A stretch of DNA of 64,000 nt. Origin: an uncultured delta proteobacterium. GTDB taxonomy: Bacteria; Desulfobacterota; Desulfobacteria; Desulfobacterales; B30-G6. Location of the stretch: assembly GCA_963842925.1 (NCBI GenBank), contig CAWJIL010000003.1:249542-313541 (forward strand). The letters run 5' to 3'. Positions 55,553-64,000 of this stretch are shown piece after piece (positions within the stretch are counted from its first letter, which is position 1; each line of letters begins with the position of its first letter). Below the pieces are notes generated by a model. That model was not told the origin of the DNA and did not search any database. It saw nothing but the letters and a program-made list of their open reading frames with translations. The position numbers and the translations under genes were made by a program.

Positions 55553-57007
55553 ATGACCGTACCAATCATAAAGAATTACATCAACGGTGAGTGGGTTGAG
55601 TCGAATTCTACAACATTCGGTGATGTGTATAACCCAGCAACCGGTGAAAAGATTGCCAAAGTTGCTTACGGAACAAAAGAGGATGTAGATGCAGCGGCAA
55701 AGGCTGCCAAAGAGGCCTATTGGGAGTGGCGAACAACACCCCCCCTTTCCAGGGCCCGATATCTGTTCCGCCTCAAAGATGCTTTTGAAGAAAACTTTGA
55801 AGAAATCGCGGAAGTGCTTACCACCGAGCAGGGCAAGGCCATCGATGAATCCCGGGGTGAAGTCCGCCGTATGATTGAAAATGTAGAGCACGCCACCGGT
55901 GTCACCACACTGATGTGCGGCTACACACTGGAAGATATCGCCAAAGATATCGACTGCTACGGACACCGCCAGCCCATGGGTGTGTTTGCAGCCATTGTTC
56001 CTTACAATTTTCCAGCCATGGTCGCCTGGTGGTTCCTGCCCTATGCGCTGGTCTCCGGGAATACCTACATTGTGAAACCCTCTGAACAGGTGCCCATGAC
56101 CCAAACCAAAATCTTTGAGATCATGGAGGAAATCGGACTCCCCGAAGGCGTCGTGAATATGGTTCACGGTGCTCACGATGTGGTCAATGGCCTGCTGGAT
56201 CATCCCGATATCGAAGGTATTTCATTTGTGGGCGCATCCCCCACGGCAAAATATATTTACCAGCAATGCGGTGCCACCGGCAAACGGGTTCAGTCCCTCG
56301 GTGGGGCAAAGAATATCGTGGCCATCATGCCGGATGCCGATCTGGAGCAGGGCATGCCTTCCCTGACCACATCGTTTTTCGGATGTGCCGGTCAAAGGTG
56401 CCTCTCAGGTTCTGTACTGGTACCCGTCGGTGATATTGCAGACGAATTGGTGGAAAAATTTGTGGCCGCTGCAAAGGACATAAAAGTGGGTAACGGTCTG
56501 GACGAACAGACCTTCATGGGACCGGTCATCAGTGCTGCACACAAGCAACGGGTCCTGGACTATATTGAAAAAGGTATCCAGGAAGGTGCAAAACTCGTTC
56601 TCGATGGTCGTGATTTCCAGGTTGAGGGATACCCCAACGGCTTTTTTGTCGGTCCCACCATCTTTGACAAGGTAACACCGGACATGACCATTGCCAGTGA
56701 AGAGATTTTCGGCCCGGTGGTGAGCATCGTCCGTGCCAAAAATCTTGATGAGGTCATCTCCCTGGTCAACACCCGGAACTATGCCAATGCGTCCTGTATT
56801 TACACCTCGAGTGGCGCAACGGCGCGCGAATTCAAATACCGCGTCAAGCCCAGCATGGTGGGTATCAATATCGGTATTGCCGCGCCCATGAGTTTTTTCC
56901 CCTTCGGTGGCGCCGGTAACTCCATGTTTGGTGATACCAAGGGACACGGTCAGGAAATATTCAATTTCTTCACCGACACCAAAGTTGTCATTGAACGATG
57001 GTTCTAG
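55553..57007 (+). CDS. mmsA: CoA-acylating methylmalonate/malonate-semialdehyde dehydrogenase
   Basis: ALDH superfamily protein with MMSDH-type features (NPATGE, VKPSE, GGAKN, FGCAGQRC). aaggagg RBS. Confidence 0.9.
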   Translation: MTVPIIKNYINGEWVESNSTTFGDVYNPATGEKIAKVAYGTKEDVDAAAKAAKEAYWEWRTTPPLSRARYLFRLKDAFEENFEEIAEVLTTEQGKAIDESRGEVRRMIENVEHATGVTTLMCGYTLEDIAKDIDCYGHRQPMGVFAAIVPYNFPAMVAWWFLPYALVSGNTYIVKPSEQVPMTQTKIFEIMEEIGLPEGVVNMVHGAHDVVNGLLDHPDIEGISFVGASPTAKYIYQQCGATGKRVQSLGGAKNIVAIMPDADLEQGMPSLTTSFFGCAGQRCLSGSVLVPVGDIADELVEKFVAAAKDIKVGNGLDEQTFMGPVISAAHKQRVLDYIEKGIQEGAKLVLDGRDFQVEGYPNGFFVGPTIFDKVTPDMTIASEEIFGPVVSIVRAKNLDEVISLVNTRNYANASCIYTSSGATAREFKYRVKPSMVGINIGIAAPMSFFPFGGAGNSMFGDTKGHGQEIFNFFTDTKVVIERWF

Positions 57008-57100
57008 AAGCCATTCCAGAAACGTTGAGATAACTTCTAAAGAAATGAGATAATACAGGCCACCCAGACAAACCTGGGTGGCCTCAAAAAGGAGACATTC

Positions 57101-57529
57101 ATGCCACTGATCAGCTTTGGAAGTATTTTAAGTTTTGCAGAAGAGTTGGAAAAGCAGGATGAGGCGTTCTATGCTGCCGCAGCCGCCAATCCCGCATTTG
57201 CAGAACTCAAAGACCTTTTTGATCAATTTTTACAAGACACTCGCAAGAACATTAAGAATGTGCAACGTACACGCCGTGAAAATGTAACGGAAATGATCTT
57301 GGAGCCTGTCAAGGATTTTACCCGAGCACCCTTTTGTGAAGAAATTGACCCTGCAGAAGCCAAAACCACCGTAGAAATTCTGGATGCAGCAAGATGTCTT
57401 GAAAAAAAGACCGAGAGATATTACACTGAGGCTTCTGTAAAAATCAAGGCGCTGTCTGAAGTTTCCCGGGCGCTAAAAATGATCGGAAAAAAACATACCG
57501 CACATCTGAAAAAACTGGATACCCTATAA
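57101..57529 (+). CDS. Hypothetical helical protein (142 aa) between mmsA and the aminotransferase gene
   Basis: aaggaga RBS. The helix-rich sequence has two similar halves (..EELEKQDEAFY.., ..CLEKKTERYY..), which hints at a ferritin/rubrerythrin-like four-helix fold without obvious metal ligands. Confidence 0.5.
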   Translation: MPLISFGSILSFAEELEKQDEAFYAAAAANPAFAELKDLFDQFLQDTRKNIKNVQRTRRENVTEMILEPVKDFTRAPFCEEIDPAEAKTTVEILDAARCLEKKTERYYTEASVKIKALSEVSRALKMIGKKHTAHLKKLDTL

Positions 57530-57546
57530 TAAGGAGGATCAGACCG

Positions 57547-58926
57547 ATGAGTGAGATAGAATCCAGGGTTAAAGACATGGCCGCCCATACATTTGGAACA
57601 TGGAATTGGCAAAAAAACTGGCAACAGCCAATGCTGATCAAAGACGCCGAAGGCGTCTATTTCTACGACAGCAACGGCAAACGTTACCTGGATTTTTCTT
57701 CACAACTCATGTGCTCAAATCTTGGTCATAAAAACAAGGCCATTATCAAGGCCATCCAGAAACAGGCTGAAAAACTACCCTATATTGCCCCCGGATTCAC
57801 AACGGAAGTGGCTCTTGAGGCGGTAGAGACCTTGCGTTCCATCATGCCGGAGGGATTGAGCCAGTTTTTCTTTTCCACCAGCGGCACGGAGGCCAATGAT
57901 GGTGCCCTGGCAATGGTACGACAGTCCAAGGCACCGGCCTTTAAGGTCATTTCACGCTACCACTCATATCACGGCGCAACATCAGCTGGTTTGGCATTTA
58001 CGGGTGACCCACGCAGATGGCCCATGGAAAGAGTTCGCTACACCGTAGATGGTGTATGCTTTGCACCTGACTGCTACTGCTACAGATGCCCCTTTGGCCA
58101 GACCTATCCGGATTGCAAGGTCCAGTGCGCTCGCTATCTCGACTACATGATCAAGGAAGAAGGCAATGTGGCGGCAGTCATCGTTGAACCCGTTGTGGGT
58201 ACCAACGGCCGACTCGTTCCACCACCCGAGTACTTCCCCATGTTACGTAAAATCTGTGATGAAAACAATGTCCTCCTCGTCGCGGATGAAGTCATGACAG
58301 GCTGGTACAGAACCGGGACACCGTTTGCCATGCAGAACTGGGATGTCCTTCCGGACATTATGACCACTGCCAAAGGGTGCACCTCCGCCTATACACCTCT
58401 GGGTATTACCGCTACCAACAAAAAGGTGGCCGACTTTTTTGAAGATGAATTCTTCTGTCACGGTCACACCTATGCCTATCACGCCCTCTCATTGTCTGCA
58501 GTCAAACCGGCTGTGGAAGAATACCGCAAGCTGATTGATTCCGGCTTGCCCCAAAAAGTGTCCACATACATGAAGGAAAGACTCATCGACCTGGCCGAAA
58601 AGCACCCCTGCGTGGGTGATGTCCGTGGGCTGGGTCATTTCTGGGGTCTGGAAATCGTCAAAAACAGAGAGACCAAAGAGGCCTTTGACGTCAAAGCCGA
58701 CAAGCTGAGCGGCAAGGCACTCATGACGGCAAAAATCTCTGGAAATGCAATGACAAACGGCCTATATGTGGTCGCCTGGTATGATACACTGACCATTGCA
58801 CCACCCCTCATCATAACGGAAGAAGAGGTAGACGAGGCCTTAACCATACTGGACCAGGCCCTAGAAATCGGAGACCAGGAAGCTGATAAGACGGATGTCG
58901 CCGTATCCATGAGTTCTGAATTCTGA
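57547..58926 (+). CDS. Class-III (omega) aminotransferase, beta-alanine:pyruvate/2-oxoglutarate transaminase by context
   Basis: Class-III PLP fold (SGTEAN, ADEV.TG, TAKG lysine region). taaggagg RBS. Confidence 0.88.
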   Translation: MSEIESRVKDMAAHTFGTWNWQKNWQQPMLIKDAEGVYFYDSNGKRYLDFSSQLMCSNLGHKNKAIIKAIQKQAEKLPYIAPGFTTEVALEAVETLRSIMPEGLSQFFFSTSGTEANDGALAMVRQSKAPAFKVISRYHSYHGATSAGLAFTGDPRRWPMERVRYTVDGVCFAPDCYCYRCPFGQTYPDCKVQCARYLDYMIKEEGNVAAVIVEPVVGTNGRLVPPPEYFPMLRKICDENNVLLVADEVMTGWYRTGTPFAMQNWDVLPDIMTTAKGCTSAYTPLGITATNKKVADFFEDEFFCHGHTYAYHALSLSAVKPAVEEYRKLIDSGLPQKVSTYMKERLIDLAEKHPCVGDVRGLGHFWGLEIVKNRETKEAFDVKADKLSGKALMTAKISGNAMTNGLYVVAWYDTLTIAPPLIITEEEVDEALTILDQALEIGDQEADKTDVAVSMSSEF

Positions 58927-58930
58927 TTCT

Positions 58931-58953
58931 AATATTCGGATAACCCGAATATT
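58931..58953 (+). terminator. Terminator-like hairpin after the aminotransferase gene
   Basis: aatattcgg-ataac-ccgaatatt is a perfect 9-bp stem, but it is followed by an A/T-rich stretch rather than a clean T-run. Confidence 0.4.
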
Positions 58954-59028
58954 AAATAATCATTTTAATTCTATGAGTTCGCGTCTGTAAGAGGTGTTTC
59001 ATAGAAGGACACAGTCAGGTGTTATGGC

Positions 59029-61995
59029 ATGACCCTTGCCATAGATAGTCTATTAAACGATTACGATCCTCGCTTTAAGATTTTCCATGAGCTCATGGCC
59101 AGGAAAATCCGGGAAGTGCTCCTCGTTTCGACCCCCTATGATGCCTGGATCATGGAAGAGGATGTTCGTCTCTCGGAAAGACTTATCCATGAATATCGTG
59201 GCCTCAATCTGAGTAACCCCCCCAGACTCACTTGGGTATCCAGTGTCGAAGAAGCGCTGAAAGCACTCGAGGATAAAAAATTTGACATGGTTATCACCAT
59301 GCCCAGTGTCGTAGATCTGGATTGTCTCTCTCTTGGTGAACGGGTCAAACAAATGGACCCGGATTTACCGGTCATTCTCTTTGCCCATAGTACCGTCGCC
59401 TCGATTGCGTCCTATCCCAGTCATGCGAAACCCCCAGGAATAGATCGTACCTTTGTATGGTCCGGCAATACAGACATTCTTGTTGCACTCATAAAAAGCG
59501 CTGAAGATCGAATGAATGTGGACTATGACACGGCTTCGGCAGGCATTCGGGTGCTCCTGTTTGTGGAAGACTCTCCCCAATATCTTTCCTCACTATTGCC
59601 CATTTTCTACCGGGAATTGGTCAGCCAGACCCAGAATGTCATGGAAGAAGGTCTCAATGAGGAACACCGGCTCCTGACCATGCGCGCCAGACCCAAAATC
59701 CTCATCGCCGACAGTTATGAAAATGCGGTCAGTATATATGAAAAATATAAACCCTATATCTTGGGTGTTATTTCCGATGTTCGCTTTCCCAAAGAAGGAA
59801 AATTATACTCTGATTCCGGGATTGAACTCCTGACAAAAATCAAAGCCGATCGATGGGATATCCCCTTGTTGCTCATGAGTTCGGAACCCTCCAACGCCGA
59901 TAAAGCCGTATCGATCCCTTCTTTTTTTGTCGACAAAAACTCCCCAACACTGCACGCTGATGTTCATGCTTTTTTCATGGATCACCTGGGATTTGGTGAT
60001 TTTGTTTTCAGAATGCCGGACGGCAGGGAGATTTCCCGTGCCACCAATCTGAGGACCCTGGAAAATGAGATGAATAAAATCCCCATCGAATCCTTGATGT
60101 TCCACGCCAACCGGAACGATTTTTCACGATGGCTGTTTGCCCGCACCGAGACCATTCTGGCAGCGAAACTGCGCCCTGCAAGCGCAGAAGATTTTTCATA
60201 CAACGCATACGAAATGCGGAAATTCCTGGTTTCCAACATTCATGTGCGTCGACGCCGCAGGCAAAAAGGGGTTATCGTTAATTTTGATGCGCACGATTTT
60301 GATCCTGATACAGAATTTTTTAAAATTGGCAAAGGCTCAGTGGGGGGTAAGGCAAGGGGACTGGCCTTTGCATCCGATCTGCTTCGTCACCATTCGGAGA
60401 TGGCGCAGACCTTCAAAAATGTCGACATCTGTATACCCAAGTCACTCGTCATAACAACGGATGGTTTTGAAACCTTCATCCATGATAATCATCTGTTAAA
60501 AATTGCCGACATTGACATGCCGGATGAAGAAATAGCCAAAAAATTCCTTGAAGCTCAATTTCCAAAATGGATCAGGGATGATCTGGAGGCTTACCTGAAG
60601 GATATTCAATACCCCATTGCTGTGCGTTCTTCGAGTCTTTTGGAGGATGCACAATTTCGTGCTTATGCCGGTCTCTATCGTACCTATATGCTCCCCAATG
60701 ACTGCCCAAATTCTATCCAAAGAACCGAACATGTTATCAATGCCATAAAACTCGTTTATGCATCCACCTACTTTAAAGGACCCAAATCGTTTTCACGGCG
60801 GGTGGGACACCGGACCGAGGAAGATAAAATGGCCGTCATTATCCAGAGCATGGTGGGAAATACCTATGGCGAACATTTTTACCCTGCCATTTCAGGCGTT
60901 GCCCAATCCCACAATTATTACCCCTTTTCACATATGAAACCGGAAGAAGGCATTGCCACAATTGCTCTGGGGTTGGGGAAAATGGTGGTTGAGGGTGAAA
61001 AGACACTTCGTTTTTCACCCAAATATCCCCAACTGTTACCACAGCGCTCAACCGTTGAAGACATCCTTGAGAATTCCCAGCGTTATTTCTATGCCCTGAA
61101 GCTGGAAAAAACATGCGCAATGCTCAGCATCAACGATACATCTCATTTGGATAAACGTGAGGTTTCCGATGCTGAAACTGAATACCCGGTTTCATTCCTT
61201 TCCAGCACCTACATCCCGAACGAACACCGAATCAGAGACACCTCTCATGGTCCGGGACATCGCATTCTCACATTTTCTCAAATTCTGAAATATAATTCTT
61301 TCCCCCTGGCGGATATTCTCAATACTTTTTTAGCCATCGGCCAAAATGGCATGGGATGTCCGGTGGAACTCGAATTTTCTATCAATCTCAGTCAAAGGCA
61401 GGACATCCGGCCCACATTTGCCCTGCTGCAGCTCAGACCCATGACCGCCAGAGCAGAATTGGAAGTGGTCAATATCAGTGATGAAGAGATCGAAAAAGCC
61501 TTTTGTTATTCATCCAATGCCCTCGGCAATGCACAGAAGAACGACATCACAGATATCGTTTATGTCAAACCGGATGTGTTTGATCCGGCCAAAACCATTG
61601 AAATCGCCCGTGAGATAGGTGAAATGAACAATATTTTCTCCAATGCAGACCGAAAATACCTTTTAATAGGACCTGGGAGGTGGGGTTCTGCTGACCGCTG
61701 GCTGGGAATCCCCGTTGAGTGGACCGACATCTGCAATGTGGATGTCATTGCAGAGACAGCATCAGAACATTTGAATGCAGAGCCTTCTCAAGGATCTCAT
61801 TTTTTTCATAACATCACCACCATGGGAATCAACTACATTACCGTTTCTGAAAAAAATGGTGGTTTTTATAAAGGGGACTGGCTGGCCTCATTACCTGCAA
61901 AAAAAGAATCAGCGCATGTGCGTTACGTCGCCTTGGACAAACCCGTCACCATCAAGGTCGACGGCCGAACATCACGATGTGTGATGATGAGATAG
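59029..61995 (+). CDS. Large protein (988 aa) with N-terminal receiver-like domain(s) and a PEP-synthase/PPDK N-terminal (ATP-grasp, PPDK_N) domain
   Basis: N-terminus KIREVLLVSTPYDAWIMEED.. and a second ..IRVLLFVEDSP.. CheY-like fold. The central region GKGSVGGKARGLAF..VRSSSLLEDA.. is typical of PPDK_N. No recognisable phosphohistidine swivel or PEP-binding TIM domain. Confidence 0.72.
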   Translation: MTLAIDSLLNDYDPRFKIFHELMARKIREVLLVSTPYDAWIMEEDVRLSERLIHEYRGLNLSNPPRLTWVSSVEEALKALEDKKFDMVITMPSVVDLDCLSLGERVKQMDPDLPVILFAHSTVASIASYPSHAKPPGIDRTFVWSGNTDILVALIKSAEDRMNVDYDTASAGIRVLLFVEDSPQYLSSLLPIFYRELVSQTQNVMEEGLNEEHRLLTMRARPKILIADSYENAVSIYEKYKPYILGVISDVRFPKEGKLYSDSGIELLTKIKADRWDIPLLLMSSEPSNADKAVSIPSFFVDKNSPTLHADVHAFFMDHLGFGDFVFRMPDGREISRATNLRTLENEMNKIPIESLMFHANRNDFSRWLFARTETILAAKLRPASAEDFSYNAYEMRKFLVSNIHVRRRRRQKGVIVNFDAHDFDPDTEFFKIGKGSVGGKARGLAFASDLLRHHSEMAQTFKNVDICIPKSLVITTDGFETFIHDNHLLKIADIDMPDEEIAKKFLEAQFPKWIRDDLEAYLKDIQYPIAVRSSSLLEDAQFRAYAGLYRTYMLPNDCPNSIQRTEHVINAIKLVYASTYFKGPKSFSRRVGHRTEEDKMAVIIQSMVGNTYGEHFYPAISGVAQSHNYYPFSHMKPEEGIATIALGLGKMVVEGEKTLRFSPKYPQLLPQRSTVEDILENSQRYFYALKLEKTCAMLSINDTSHLDKREVSDAETEYPVSFLSSTYIPNEHRIRDTSHGPGHRILTFSQILKYNSFPLADILNTFLAIGQNGMGCPVELEFSINLSQRQDIRPTFALLQLRPMTARAELEVVNISDEEIEKAFCYSSNALGNAQKNDITDIVYVKPDVFDPAKTIEIAREIGEMNNIFSNADRKYLLIGPGRWGSADRWLGIPVEWTDICNVDVIAETASEHLNAEPSQGSHFFHNITTMGINYITVSEKNGGFYKGDWLASLPAKKESAHVRYVALDKPVTIKVDGRTSRCVMMR

Positions 61996-63511
<1,516 letters not shown>

Positions 63512-63564
63512 CTCGAACATATCATGAAATTTGAATCAGTACCGTTTATGAAAACTGATGTTAG

Positions 63565-63612
63565 CCTGAACTGAGCAATTTTTCCCGAAGAGATGTGCCG
63601 AGATCTTGATGG
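63565..63612. repeat. 48-nt conserved motif, copy 2
   Basis: Matches 51471-51518 at 45 of 48 positions. It lies between the convergent gdhA and J-domain genes. Confidence 0.85.
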
Positions 63613-63634
63613 TAGAGACTTCTTGATCCCTTTC

Positions 63635-64000
63635 TCACAACCTGTCTTTCCTGTCCCCGGCAGCCAGTTTTTGATATGCGGCTTGAATCTCTTTGAAACG
63701 CTCTTCGGCCAGGGACTGAAACTCTTCTCCCAGATGAAGCACCTTGTCAGGATGGTATTTCCCGGCAAGGTGCTTGTAGGCTGTCTTTATCTCCTCCTGC
63801 GATGCCCCTCGGGGGATTTGAAGCACATCATAGGGATCGTTTAGCGTGTTGCCGTTGGTATCCGGTGACCCGGTCCTGTGAGTATTTTGATCGGATCGCC
63901 CCGCCCCTTGTGGTTGACGATAAAACTGTCCTTTGCTTCTGTAGAAAAAACGCCACAGAAAATATAAAATAACAAGATCGTCTATCCACCCCCATCCGAG
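63635..64000 (-). CDS. J-domain (DnaJ-like) protein, C-terminal part; the N-terminus lies beyond the window
   Basis: DPYDVLQIPRGASQEEIKTAYKHLAGKYHPDK with the HPD motif. By hand translation the reverse frame stays open to base 64000 (..WIDDLVILYFLWRFFY.. hydrophobic segment upstream). Confidence 0.8.
   Translation of the reverse strand, partial: LGWGWIDDLVILYFLWRFFYRSKGQFYRQPQGAGRSDQNTHRTGSPDTNGNTLNDPYDVLQIPRGASQEEIKTAYKHLAGKYHPDKVLHLGEEFQSLAEERFKEIQAAYQKLAAGDRKDRL

Noticed and set aside
55439-56203. 254-aa minus-strand ORF.
   Set aside because: It is antisense to the well-supported mmsA gene. It has low-complexity, Gly/His/Cys-rich shadow-ORF composition and no RBS.
57058-57086. Terminator between mmsA and the downstream small gene (aggccacccag-acaaa-cctgggtggcct).
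   Set aside because: The hairpin is real, but it is followed by caaaaagg rather than a T-run and directly precedes the next RBS. It is more likely an intercistronic stabiliser, so it is not called as a terminator.

Overview
This is a 64-kb chromosomal window, about 50% GC by eye. It probably comes from a sulfate-reducer-like deltaproteobacterium of the Desulfobacteraceae type; that is inferred from gene content and was not checked against any database. All protein calls come from reading the supplied translations for family motifs; no searches were run.

Gene content, left to right:
- glnA (5' partial), gltB and gltD.
- Small accessory genes: HAD hydrolase, DUF1330, AhpD-like and TerB-like proteins.
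- A GAF/sigma-54 NifA-like activator and dinB.
- An anion permease with a CBS protein.
- A tungsten-type aldehyde:ferredoxin oxidoreductase.
- A lipase-like hydrolase, an ABC exporter and a 2-hydroxyacid dehydrogenase.
- An A+T-rich islet carrying higBA.
- Aspartate racemase.
- A DUF47/PiT phosphate transporter pair.
- A TunR-like regulator with tupABC.
- A cluster of a BKACE enzyme, a ketopantoate-reductase-like dehydrogenase, a PrdB/GrdB-family selenoprotein (in-frame UGA), TRAP dctPQM and a membrane-anchored reductive-dehalogenase-like Fe-S protein.
- A CBS protein, DDAH and a GAF-GGDEF cyclase.
- An apparently complete reductive pyrimidine / beta-alanine catabolic cluster.
- A 988-aa receiver-like/PPDK_N protein, gdhA, and a partial J-domain gene.

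Main leads:
1. The selenoprotein, and the unusual gene cluster it sits in at 36.0-43.6 kb.
2. A mosaic family of modular intergenic repeats at 14 or more loci. It includes decayed four-helix-bundle gene cassettes, a 104-bp tandem array inside the tup operon, a ~143-bp ~96% identical inverted pair 12 kb apart, REP-like perfect hairpins, and a MITE-like element with 9-bp direct flanks.

No rRNA, tRNA, CRISPR array, intact transposase or prophage was seen.
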